Source: a bacterium
GTDB taxonomy: Bacteria; Patescibacteriota; Saccharimonadia; Saccharimonadales; Saccharimonadaceae
DNA length: 38,845 nt
Direction: 5' to 3'
Assembly (NCBI GenBank): GCA_021780305.1
Contig: JAJXYZ010000042.1
Coordinates: 1 to 38,845 of the forward strand
A program made the translations under genes and the position numbers. Positions 1-8,621 of the stretch are shown here, one piece after another. Every line of letters starts with the position of its first letter. The first letter of the stretch is position 1. The notes under the pieces are model-generated. The model made no database searches and was not told the origin of the DNA. It saw only the letters and a program-made list of their open reading frames with translations.

Positions 1-36
1 GGTCTTGTTTAGTGCGATTTATCAAGGTCAGAATTA

Positions 37-1005
37 GTGGATATATTTGCACCGATTCAGTGGTTTGCTGATTGGCTGGCATATGGTGTATTTGATATAG
101 CTAAAGGTTCGGCTCTCGGTAATACTGTAAACTTTTTTATTTATGACTCGATAAAGATAATTATATTATTGGCGGTGATTATATTTATAGTCTCGTTTAT
201 TAGATCGTATTTTCCACCAGAAAAAACGAAGAAACTATTATCTAATGCAAAATTCCCGATTTTAAATAATTTTATGGCGGCACTATTTGGTATCGTTACG
301 CCATTTTGCTCTTGTTCGGCAGTGCCATTATTTATTGGCTTCATTGAAGCTGGTGTGCCGCTTGGAGTGACGTTGTCGTTTTTAATATCCGCACCGATGG
401 TTAATGAAATTGCTCTCGTTCTATTATGGGGTTTATTTGGCTGGAAGATTGCTTTAATCTATATCGTTTCGGGCGTTGTCATTGCAACAGTTGCCGGTTG
501 GATTTTAGGAAAACTAAGGCTTGAAAAGTGGGTTGAAGGTTTTGTCTATCAGATAAAAAGTATTCAAGCAGGCGAAAAAAAGCTAGAAACAAAAGCCAGG
601 TTTGTTTATGCGAAACAGTACGCCATCGATATCGTTAAAAGTGTTTGGATCTATATATTAGTTGGCGTTGGGCTGGGTGCTTTGATGCACGGTTATGCGC
701 CGAGTGATTTGTTGGTTAAGTATGCTGGCCCAAATAATTTCTTTGCCGTACCTCTAGCGACACTTATTGGCATTCCGCTTTATTCGAATGCTGCCGGTAC
801 GATACCGATTGTTTCGGTCCTTATAAATAAAGGCATGGCCATGGGGACGGCTCTGGCGTTTATGATGGCGGTAACAGCCTTGTCATTACCGGAATTTATT
901 ATTTTAAAGAAAGTACTTAAACCAAAATTGATCGTGACATACGCTACAATTGTTGGACTTGGAATAATATTTACAGGCTATTTGTTTAACGGCATCATAC
1001 ATTAA
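37..1005 (+). CDS. ArsP/DUF318-family permease (putative organoarsenical or metal efflux)
   Basis: Multi-pass hydrophobic protein with family motifs TPFCSCSAVP, FLISAPMVN, IPLY and LSLPE. The GTG start overlaps a TAG at 35-37 that closes an upstream frame. Confidence 0.85.
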   Translation: MDIFAPIQWFADWLAYGVFDIAKGSALGNTVNFFIYDSIKIIILLAVIIFIVSFIRSYFPPEKTKKLLSNAKFPILNNFMAALFGIVTPFCSCSAVPLFIGFIEAGVPLGVTLSFLISAPMVNEIALVLLWGLFGWKIALIYIVSGVVIATVAGWILGKLRLEKWVEGFVYQIKSIQAGEKKLETKARFVYAKQYAIDIVKSVWIYILVGVGLGALMHGYAPSDLLVKYAGPNNFFAVPLATLIGIPLYSNAAGTIPIVSVLINKGMAMGTALAFMMAVTALSLPEFIILKKVLKPKLIVTYATIVGLGIIFTGYLFNGIIH

Positions 1006-1033
1006 GCATTCTATGATGTGCTAGACTTAGATT

Positions 1034-2806
1034 ATGAAAAAAATGCTTGTGTATGTAGCGGCGTTTGCATCAGTTGTTTTGCTCGGTGTTGGGATTAGCC
1101 CTAACGTTAATGCTGTAGGCCTCAACAACTTTACAATAAGCTCATACCAGATTGATTACTATCTTGATCGTGATTCAAGCAACCATTCTACTCTTAAAAC
1201 TGTTGAAAAAATTGTGGCCGAGTTTCCTAGTTTTGATCAAAATCATGGAATTGAGCGTTATGTGCCGCAAAGCTATGACAATCATTCGACTAACCTAAGT
1301 ATTGCATCAGTGACTGACGAGTCTGGTTTAGCTTTATCGTACACAACCTATATATCAAACGATAACAAGGTTATTCGAATAGGTGACGCCAATCAGTATG
1401 TTCATGGCACTAAAACTTACGTAATTACATATAATCAACAAGATGTTACTCGTTATTTTGATAATACAAAAAGAGACGAGTTTTATTGGGATACAAATGG
1501 TACGGGATGGGGTGTGCCAATCGTACATTTATCGGTGACTCTTCATATCGGTGGGGGCATATCATCTAGTTTGAGTAATAACAACGCTTGTTATGTGGGT
1601 GTTCAGGGCTCAAATACGCCATGCGATGTATTGGCAAGTCCTGACGGTTTTGTGGCCTCAGCCGATGATTTGCAGCCAAAAGAAAACTTAACTGTCGCAA
1701 TCGGATTTAAGCCACAAACATTTGCGGCCTACACGCAATCGATACAGGACATATTCAAAATATATTGGGTATTTTGCCTTGTTATTTTGTCACCAATAAT
1801 TGCCATAACGTTGATGATTATTTTGGGGGTTTGGGCACAAAGTGCGTATAACCGGCGCAAAGATGTCGGTACGATTGTGCCAGAGTACCTGCCTCCAAGT
1901 GATGCCAGCGTGACTGTTTCGGCTACAATTTATAACAAACCGATGAAGGCCTTTAGTGCTCAGCTGATTGATTTTGCTGTTAGGCATTACATTAAAATTT
2001 ATCAGATTAGTGAAAAGTCGATATTTAAGCGGGCGGAATATGAACTTGAGATAATTAAAGATATCTCTGATTTACGTGACGAAGAACGCGAAATTTTGAC
2101 CGATATGTTCGATTCAGTCGCCATTGGTTCGAGATTTAATTTAAAGGATATGGAGCAAAATCGAACACTGTTTTATATCAGATTTAAAGACAACATTAAA
2201 AAACTAAATACCAACATACGCGGTCGTTATGGGCTTCGGGCGAAAGATCCCAGTTTAAAGCCAAGATTTATACGTTTAGGTACGATTGGTTTAGTACTAG
2301 CGATTCTGACAATTTCACCATTGATTTTAACGGTTTCTATCATGGCTTATATAACCGCTTGGACGTTGTGGCCACTAACAGATAAAGGTGTTGAACTGCG
2401 TCGTTATCTTGAAGGCTTGAAAATGTACATATCAGTAGCCGAAGTCGATCGGTTAAAGATGCTGCAAAGCCCGGAAGGTGCTGAAAAAATTGAGATATCA
2501 ATCGATGCAAATGATAAAGGTCAACTTGTTAAGCTATATGAGCGGGTGCTACCATATGCGATTTTATTTAACCAAGAAAAAGGCTGGAATAATCAACTTG
2601 GCGCGTATTATGAATCGATTAATCAAGCGCCGGAATGGTATGTGGGTCAAAGTGCGGTCTTTAATGCAGCGGTGTTTAGTTCGGCTATGAATAGTTTTAG
2701 TCAAACAGTTAGCTACGCTGGCGCGTCAAATTCAAGCACTGGTGGTAGTGGCGGCGGTGGCTCATCTGGCGGCGGAGGCGGTGGCGGCGGTGGCGGCGGC
2801 TGGTAG
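1034..2806 (+). CDS. DUF2207-family membrane protein
   Basis: Signal peptide, extracytoplasmic domain (HGIER, EFYW), TM segments, YERVLPYA and a C-terminal SGGGGGGGGGGGW tail typical of DUF2207. Confidence 0.88.
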   Translation: MKKMLVYVAAFASVVLLGVGISPNVNAVGLNNFTISSYQIDYYLDRDSSNHSTLKTVEKIVAEFPSFDQNHGIERYVPQSYDNHSTNLSIASVTDESGLALSYTTYISNDNKVIRIGDANQYVHGTKTYVITYNQQDVTRYFDNTKRDEFYWDTNGTGWGVPIVHLSVTLHIGGGISSSLSNNNACYVGVQGSNTPCDVLASPDGFVASADDLQPKENLTVAIGFKPQTFAAYTQSIQDIFKIYWVFCLVILSPIIAITLMIILGVWAQSAYNRRKDVGTIVPEYLPPSDASVTVSATIYNKPMKAFSAQLIDFAVRHYIKIYQISEKSIFKRAEYELEIIKDISDLRDEEREILTDMFDSVAIGSRFNLKDMEQNRTLFYIRFKDNIKKLNTNIRGRYGLRAKDPSLKPRFIRLGTIGLVLAILTISPLILTVSIMAYITAWTLWPLTDKGVELRRYLEGLKMYISVAEVDRLKMLQSPEGAEKIEISIDANDKGQLVKLYERVLPYAILFNQEKGWNNQLGAYYESINQAPEWYVGQSAVFNAAVFSSAMNSFSQTVSYAGASNSSTGGSGGGGSSGGGGGGGGGGGW

Positions 2807-2817
2807 ACGCGCTCGAT

Positions 2818-3549
2818 CTAGCGTGTTGAGGCGGCTGTGAAGAGTTTTATCCACTGCGCTAGTGTCATCTGCGAAGGTTTGATATCGGCTTTTAGGCCAA
2901 CCTCTGATAACGGCATTTTTGCGAACTTTTTCGGATCAGAAAAACAATCGACTATTACTTTTTTGTAAGTATTAAGCTTATCGGAGCTAATTAATGGCTC
3001 GTCGCGATGCGCGATTTCAAGGAGTACGGTATCGACATTTGGATGTGGCCAAAAGTCGGTGCGTCGCAGTGGTCGGCGGATGCGCACGGCAAATTCAGGT
3101 CCGATAATCATGCCGAGTTGGCTGGTGAATCGATCAGAATTAGCCAGAAGTTTGTTGGCAAATTGTTTTTGGACAATTAAATAGCTGGCAACAGGTGGAT
3201 TCTTGGTCTCGGTAATTTTATGAAGGATTGGTGAGCTAAGATGAAAGGGTATATTGGCAAATATTTTATATGGTTTTTCTGGCAAATCCATTCCTAAAAA
3301 ATCACCTTGATAGATTGTTACATTCGGAAATTTTTCCATATTTTCACGTAGTTTAGCTGCAACTCGAGGCTCGACCTCGATGGCGGTGACTGATTTGCAA
3401 CGTGTTGCTAGGACTGACGAAATCACGCCGCTACCGGCGCCAATATCGATTACGTCATCATGCTTATTTATTGAAGTATGACCGACTAGTTCTTTGACAA
3501 GCTGCGGGCTGCGTAAGAAGTGTTGTGAATAATCAGCGAGACGTTTCAA
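2818..3549 (-). CDS. rRNA adenine N6-methyltransferase, Erm/KsgA family (Erm-like)
   Basis: YSQHFL, SAM motif DIGAGSG, motif IV ANIPF, FWPHPNVD, C-terminal TLAQWIKLF; TTG start. Confidence 0.85.
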   Translation of the reverse strand: MKRLADYSQHFLRSPQLVKELVGHTSINKHDDVIDIGAGSGVISSVLATRCKSVTAIEVEPRVAAKLRENMEKFPNVTIYQGDFLGMDLPEKPYKIFANIPFHLSSPILHKITETKNPPVASYLIVQKQFANKLLANSDRFTSQLGMIIGPEFAVRIRRPLRRTDFWPHPNVDTVLLEIAHRDEPLISSDKLNTYKKVIVDCFSDPKKFAKMPLSEVGLKADIKPSQMTLAQWIKLFTAASTR

Positions 3550-3679
3550 GATAATTCCTAATAATTGTTACTTTTATTATCATAATCATAGCACGGTTAA
3601 ATAAGCCTGTTGTGACTGTCGTATCAATTACATAGAAGATTGTATGTAGTAAAATAGATATGTAAGCAGGAGTATTGCT

Positions 3680-3904
3680 ATGGAAGAGCCAGTTACTACA
3701 ACAAGAAAAAGATATTCACCAGGACAAGGCGCCACCGCTATTAGTGGCGGTGGCGGCGTTGTTTACGGATTGGGTTTAGTCGGAGCGCTTATTTATTTTC
3801 TACAGCACGCCGTTGGCTTGTGGCCAATTGTGCTGGCGATTTTGAAGGCCATCGTTTGGCCAACCTTTATCGTTTTCAAATTACTTGAAAACCTATTTGG
3901 TTAA
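3680..3904 (+). CDS. small membrane protein, unknown function
   Basis: SD AGGAG upstream; two hydrophobic segments (YGLGLVGALIYF, ILKAIVWP). Confidence 0.75.
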   Translation: MEEPVTTTRKRYSPGQGATAISGGGGVVYGLGLVGALIYFLQHAVGLWPIVLAILKAIVWPTFIVFKLLENLFG

Positions 3905-4296
3905 TGAGCAATTGGTCGACGATGGTTCCAGAATGTCGACTGGTCATCGGACCTCATTGAGTGTTGGACATGGCTCGCAACTGATATTACCCAGCCTGAT
4001 CCAATTAGAATCGCTACACTATAGAATATGACTGGACTTGATACAACAAGACCAATCGCAGCAACAATGCCAGCGACAATACCGATAGCTATTTCGGTAA
4101 GATTGCGCCAGCTTCGATTTGCTAGATCAAAGCCGTTGATGGCTACCATGCCCAGTCCAAGCACAGCCAAGACAGCGACAGCACTATTCCAACTGTCTAA
4201 CATCACCCACGATAATCCGTAAATTTTTACAAATACTACGACTACGCCTAAAACAAAAAGGGCAGCGGTAGCAATATCACGCCAAGAGAGTTTCAT
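3901..4296 (-). CDS. 4-TM membrane protein, unknown function
   Basis: Four hydrophobic stretches; GAGGAGG SD lies in the end of the upstream ORF; ATGA overlap with it. Confidence 0.75.
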   Translation of the reverse strand: MKLSWRDIATAALFVLGVVVVFVKIYGLSWVMLDSWNSAVAVLAVLGLGMVAINGFDLANRSWRNLTEIAIGIVAGIVAAIGLVVSSPVIFYSVAILIGSGWVISVASHVQHSMRSDDQSTFWNHRRPIAH

Positions 4297-4487
4297 AATG
4301 TTTTTCCTCCTCGATGCATTTTTTTAGATAGAGAACCTGATTTTATTTGATTGTTTAATTGACGCCAACGTCTAATCTGCAAACGCCTCGCACGCTGCAG
4401 CCAGTTATCACTACTGTCGTAATCAAAATCATCCAATCGTATATCTGATAATTTTGTCGGACTGTTAACGATTCGTAGCCTATTCAT
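4293..4487 (-). CDS. small hypothetical protein (64 aa), acidic patch then Arg/Trp-rich C-terminal half
   Basis: GGAGG at 4495-4499 is 7 nt from ATG 4487, preferred over TTG 4493; stop overlaps the next start. Confidence 0.65.
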   Translation of the reverse strand: MNRLRIVNSPTKLSDIRLDDFDYDSSDNWLQRARRLQIRRWRQLNNQIKSGSLSKKMHRGGKTL

Positions 4488-4514
4488 ATCCAAACCTCCA
4501 AATTATTATAATTT

Positions 4515-4553
4515 TTAGCGGTTTTGGTTTTTTTGTTTGCCTCCTCTCCTCAT
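4515..4553 (-). CDS. putative 12-aa leader or micro-peptide MRRGGKQKNQNR
   Basis: Perfect AGGAGG (4560-4565), 6-nt spacer, ATG 4553, TAA 4515-4517; too short for the ORF track. Confidence 0.4.
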   Translation of the reverse strand: MRRGGKQKNQNR

Positions 4554-4606
4554 CTTTGTCCTCCTGTTTAGATGCGTCCATTATCGCTGGAATGCATATA
4601 AAATTC

Positions 4607-4622
4607 TATGAGTGCAATCACA
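4607..4622. promoter_or_regulatory. CRP-type binding site TATGA-N6-TCACA
   Basis: 9/10 match to TGTGA-N6-TCACA in the divergent region next to a Crp gene with a RETxxR helix; centred at -41.5 relative to the minus-strand -10 GATAAT (4580-4585). Confidence 0.7.
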
Positions 4623-4628
4623 GATTGA

Positions 4629-4657
4629 TTGATGTTACTCGGCAAGTGGAATATAGT
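4629..4657 (+). promoter_or_regulatory. sigma70-like promoter for Crp gene 1
   Basis: TTGATG (4629-4634), 17 nt, TATAGT (4652-4657). Confidence 0.5.
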
Positions 4658-4676
4658 GATACGTAAGGGAGTCGTT

Positions 4677-5327
4677 ATGAGTACCCCGGATCAAAAGCAA
4701 CTCGATTCATTCTTTAGAAAGTATCCGATACGGCATTTTGATAAAGGCCAGATTATCATAGCGACTAATGAAACTCCACCAGGAATCTTTTATGTAGTAA
4801 GCGGACAGGTAAGACAGTATGATATCACGGATCTAGGTGTTGATATCGTGCTAGATGTCCTGCTTGATTCATCAGTCTTTCCATTAGAGTGGGCGGTGCG
4901 AGATGTTAACACTCAATACTTTTATCAAGCGATTAGTCCGGTTGAGGTTCGGCTTGCTCCACTTAACGAGTTGCAAAATTTTCTAAAACAGTCTCCAAGG
5001 CTAGTCTACAGTATGTTAAATCGTTCGGTGGCTGCCATGACGATTATGCAGCGTCGGATGGCTCATTTAATGAGCGGCGTAACCTATAACCGAGTAATGT
5101 TTGAATTAATTGCGCAGGCCAAGCGTCTGGGCATTAAGCAGACTGATGGATCTTATCTATTGAATATGCATGAGGATGAGTTGGCGCAACGGGCGGGCTT
5201 AACGCGTGAAACAGTTAATCGTGAGGTTGGAAAGTTAAAACGGTTAGGTTTGGTTGAGGTCAATCATCGTCGAATTAGTATTAAAAATTTAGATAAACTC
5301 GAATCACTACTAGGTGATCATCTCTAA
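4677..5327 (+). CDS. Crp/Fnr-family transcriptional regulator (1)
   Basis: cNMP-binding beta-roll (FDKGQII, FYVVSGQVRQY) and HTH ELAQRAGLTRETVNRE; ATG 4677 with AAGGGAG SD preferred over TTG 4629. Confidence 0.9.
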   Translation: MSTPDQKQLDSFFRKYPIRHFDKGQIIIATNETPPGIFYVVSGQVRQYDITDLGVDIVLDVLLDSSVFPLEWAVRDVNTQYFYQAISPVEVRLAPLNELQNFLKQSPRLVYSMLNRSVAAMTIMQRRMAHLMSGVTYNRVMFELIAQAKRLGIKQTDGSYLLNMHEDELAQRAGLTRETVNREVGKLKRLGLVEVNHRRISIKNLDKLESLLGDHL

Positions 5328-5397
5328 GTTATTTTAAAGAAAGTACTATACTGGAAGTAATGGACGTAGTAAAATAGAGTTACGAGGAGGTATCAGC

Positions 5398-5823
5398 ATG
5401 GCTACAAATACCAAAACTTTTCGGCGATTGCCGGCACAGGGCAAGATATTTGGCGTGTGCGCGGGTATCGCAGATTACTTTGAAATGGACGTAACGTTAC
5501 TGCGTGTGATTTTTGTCGTACTAACTATTCTTAGCGGTGGTGGTCTATTGGTTTTATACCTAGCCCTTGCTTTAATTATGCCAGTGTCTGACTCGCCGGT
5601 GTCGCATAAAAATGTTTCGTCTGACGATCGGCCGCTATCTGAAGAAGTATCCAGCCAGCATCAGAGTAACGTGCGCAATTATGTAGGAATTGGTTTAGTT
5701 GTTTTTGGCCTATGGCTACTTATGGGACAATTCTTCCCAGGGTTTTTCTTGCTACGCTGGGAATTCGTTTGGCCAGTAATACTGATTTTGTCTGGTTTAG
5801 TCATTGCTACTAGAAGGCGGTAG
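5398..5823 (+). CDS. PspC-domain protein with C-terminal LiaF/DUF5668-like TM helices
   Basis: KIFGVCAGIADYF...LLRVIFV...LYLALALIMP is the PspC signature; C-terminal GLWLL...WPVILI. Confidence 0.88.
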   Translation: MATNTKTFRRLPAQGKIFGVCAGIADYFEMDVTLLRVIFVVLTILSGGGLLVLYLALALIMPVSDSPVSHKNVSSDDRPLSEEVSSQHQSNVRNYVGIGLVVFGLWLLMGQFFPGFFLLRWEFVWPVILILSGLVIATRRR

Positions 5824-5828
5824 TTATT

Positions 5829-6818
5829 ATGGCTAAAAAAATAGAATTAAACGAAGTCAAACCAGTTAAGCCGGTAGAACTCGATGAACTTGCTAATGAA
5901 CCGCTTGATCCAAAGCATGCTGTTGATCATAGAGTTAAGCACTGGAAGATTGGTCGGATATTTTGGGGGTTACTGTTTGTATTAATTGGCCTGCTGATAC
6001 TAGCGAGTAATAGTGGATTAGTCAGTTTAAATTGGTTTAATTTATGGCGCTTGTGGCCACTTTTCATAATTATGATCGGTATGTCTATATTGACTATCCA
6101 GGGCTGGGCTGGACGGCTACTAGCGGTTGTTATAGTGGTGTTGGCGCTTGGAGCGGTGACGTATGCGCTGATCTATAATCCTCATGATATTCGTCAAACT
6201 TCGATTTATAATATATCGTCGCAAAAATTAGATCTTGCAACTAACGCTGAAGTTAATGTTCAGACTGGGCTTGGGCAACTCGATATTAATTCAACCGACC
6301 AAACGGCTGTCGTTCAAGCTAAATTAGAGAGTAATATTTCAAAATTGACGAGCGATGCGATATTAACCGGTACAACTCAGGTTACGAATATTAACACGGA
6401 CGTAACCGATAATTGGGCGGCTGGTAATGTTGATAATCGACTAAATTTAAATGTGACGCGTGCGCTGCCGATTCGTTTAAACCTTAATATAGGCGCGTCT
6501 AACATAAACGCGGATCTGACACTGGCCCGTCTTCAAAGTCTTAGTATAAAAAGTAGCGCGACCAAATCTGACATAAAATTAGGCAATATTGAAGACTTAA
6601 CGACGGTAAACTTAGATTCCGGGGCAAGTTCATTTGTCATACGTGTGCCTAGTACTAGTGGTGTAAGTGTAAAATTAAGCGGGTTGACCAGTAATAACCT
6701 TGAAGGGTTAGTTAAAAATGGCGATACATACGAATCGTCTAATTACGGATTAGCCACAAAAAAAATTGATATAGTCGGTCGATTAGGCCTAGCATCGTTT
6801 AAACTCGAACAATATTAA
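5829..6818 (+). CDS. LiaF/DUF5668 TM domain plus extracytoplasmic beta-rich (DUF2154/toast-rack-like) envelope-stress protein
   Basis: FWGLLFVLIG...LWRLWPLFII; repetitive beta-strand C-terminal domain (LNLNIGAS, LDSGAS). Confidence 0.75.
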   Translation: MAKKIELNEVKPVKPVELDELANEPLDPKHAVDHRVKHWKIGRIFWGLLFVLIGLLILASNSGLVSLNWFNLWRLWPLFIIMIGMSILTIQGWAGRLLAVVIVVLALGAVTYALIYNPHDIRQTSIYNISSQKLDLATNAEVNVQTGLGQLDINSTDQTAVVQAKLESNISKLTSDAILTGTTQVTNINTDVTDNWAAGNVDNRLNLNVTRALPIRLNLNIGASNINADLTLARLQSLSIKSSATKSDIKLGNIEDLTTVNLDSGASSFVIRVPSTSGVSVKLSGLTSNNLEGLVKNGDTYESSNYGLATKKIDIVGRLGLASFKLEQY

Positions 6819-6885
6819 GTCGATTTATTGTTTTTAGTAGAATTTATTATGTATTTTTGGTATTAGTCTGTCATAATTAAAACAT

Positions 6886-7485
6886 ATGAGAATCTGGCAA
6901 ACATCCCAAAAGCGATTAGGCCTCGCTTTGACAATTTTTTCAATTATCGGCCTAATTGCATCTTTCGTTTTAACATACGATACGATTGAGAAAATAAAAA
7001 ATCCAAGCTTTAACCCTACGTGCAACATCAGTCCGATTATTAGTTGCGGAAAGGCGATGACATCGCTTCAAGGCGAATTATTTGGCATACCAAACCCAGT
7101 TTATGGAATTATGGCATTCACTGCTTTGTTGGCGTTTTCGGTGACACTTTTGGCGGGAGCGCGGTATAAGCGTTGGCTGTGGTTGACTGCAGAATTTGTG
7201 GCACTAACTGGTGTGATTTTTGTGCACTATCTATTTTATGTCAGTATGGTTGAGTTGGGTTCGATATGCCCATGGTGTTCGCTTGTATGGGTGACGACAA
7301 TTGCCATATTTTGGTATTTAACTACGCACTTGGTGGCAACCGGTATGTTGTCATGGCAGACAAAGTCTAATCGGATTGCTAACTTTTGGAAAACCTATTC
7401 AGCACCAGTTTTAGTTTTATGGTATTTAGTCTTGATTGTGATTGTTTTTTTAAGATTCAGTAGCTACTGGCTATCCTTGATATGA
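6886..7485 (+). CDS. vitamin K epoxide reductase (VKOR)-family protein, DsbB analogue
   Basis: Loop Cys pair CNISPIISC, FGIPNP, active-site CPWC, multiple TM segments. Confidence 0.92.
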   Translation: MRIWQTSQKRLGLALTIFSIIGLIASFVLTYDTIEKIKNPSFNPTCNISPIISCGKAMTSLQGELFGIPNPVYGIMAFTALLAFSVTLLAGARYKRWLWLTAEFVALTGVIFVHYLFYVSMVELGSICPWCSLVWVTTIAIFWYLTTHLVATGMLSWQTKSNRIANFWKTYSAPVLVLWYLVLIVIVFLRFSSYWLSLI

Positions 7486-8621
7486 TAAGGCGAGTAATTT
7501 GGCGGATTGTCAGGTTTGGTTATGTTTATCTAATCAAGCCCCTCTTATTTATGATGTCGCCAGATAATGTCCATAGCCATACGATTAGTCAAATGTCTTT
7601 TTGGCAGAATGTACCAGGTTTTACGGCTTTAGTTAGACTGGTTTTTCAACAATCTTCATGCTCTGCCTTAAAACAGCAGTACCATAACGTGACATTCAAT
7701 AGTCCGGTCGGTTTATCGGCTGGATTTGATAAGAACGGTGAAATTATGCCAATTATTGCTAGCCTTGGGTTTAGCTTTGGTGAAGTTGGGTCTGTTACGG
7801 CTGATTCGTGTGAGGGTAATATTCGGCCATGGTTCTATCGATTACCTAAGACCAGATCACTCGTCGTCAATGCTGGGCTTAATAATCATGGGTCTGAGGC
7901 GATTATTAAGCGTCTTGCCAATTACTCAGATTCAGATTTAAGGGAATTTCCGATAATTCTATCAGTCGCAAAGACTAATAGCCAGAAAGTTATAAGTATT
8001 GAGCAAGGTATTAACGATTACGTGACAACAGCTCGTCGTGCCAAAAATCAGCCTAATATTAAAATGATCGAACTGAATATTTCGTGTCCAAATGCTTATG
8101 GCGGCGAAGATTTTACTAAGCCTGATGGCCTAGAACTTTTACTTACAGCGATTGATTCAATTAATTTAAAACAACCAGTATTTGTCAAAATGCCAGTTAA
8201 TCTGGATTTGTTAAAAGCCAAAGATTTACTAGATGTAATCGTAGGTCATAAGATAGCCGGCGTAACAATCGCCAACCTAGCAAAAAATCGGACTACTGCA
8301 AATCTAAAAGATGATCTGCCGTTATCGGTTGTTGGTAATTTAAGTGGCGAGCCGACTCGAGACTTAAGCAACGAGCTGATTAGGAGGACGTTTTTAGAAT
8401 ACGGCAAACGCTTAACTATCATTGGCGTAGGTGGTATATTTTCGGCAGATGACGCCTACGAGAAAATAAAATTAGGAGCCAGCCTAGTAGAATTGATTAC
8501 CGGTATGATTTTTGAAGGTCCACAGTTACCGTCACAAATCGAGGATGGTCTAAGAAGACGACTGCAAACCGACGGGTTTAATCACATCAGTCAAGCTATC
8601 GGTATTGATGCTAAACAATAA
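7482..8621 (+). CDS. pyrD: dihydroorotate dehydrogenase, class 2 (quinone-type) scaffold
   Basis: N-terminal KPLLF..PD.VH, GLSAGFDKNG, GSVT, GN.RP...RLP, NISCPN, GNLSG, IIGVGGI, GASLVEL. Confidence 0.9.
   Translation: MIRRVIWRIVRFGYVYLIKPLLFMMSPDNVHSHTISQMSFWQNVPGFTALVRLVFQQSSCSALKQQYHNVTFNSPVGLSAGFDKNGEIMPIIASLGFSFGEVGSVTADSCEGNIRPWFYRLPKTRSLVVNAGLNNHGSEAIIKRLANYSDSDLREFPIILSVAKTNSQKVISIEQGINDYVTTARRAKNQPNIKMIELNISCPNAYGGEDFTKPDGLELLLTAIDSINLKQPVFVKMPVNLDLLKAKDLLDVIVGHKIAGVTIANLAKNRTTANLKDDLPLSVVGNLSGEPTRDLSNELIRRTFLEYGKRLTIIGVGGIFSADDAYEKIKLGASLVELITGMIFEGPQLPSQIEDGLRRRLQTDGFNHISQAIGIDAKQ

Noticed and set aside
1..37. 3' end of an upstream ORF (VLFSAIYQGQN*) overlapping the permease start, possibly an ArsR regulator
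   Set aside because: Only 11 codons are visible, so no product can be assigned.
2740..2803. GGC/GGT-rich run resembling a microsatellite or G-quadruplex
   Set aside because: Explained by the poly-Gly C-terminus typical of DUF2207 proteins.
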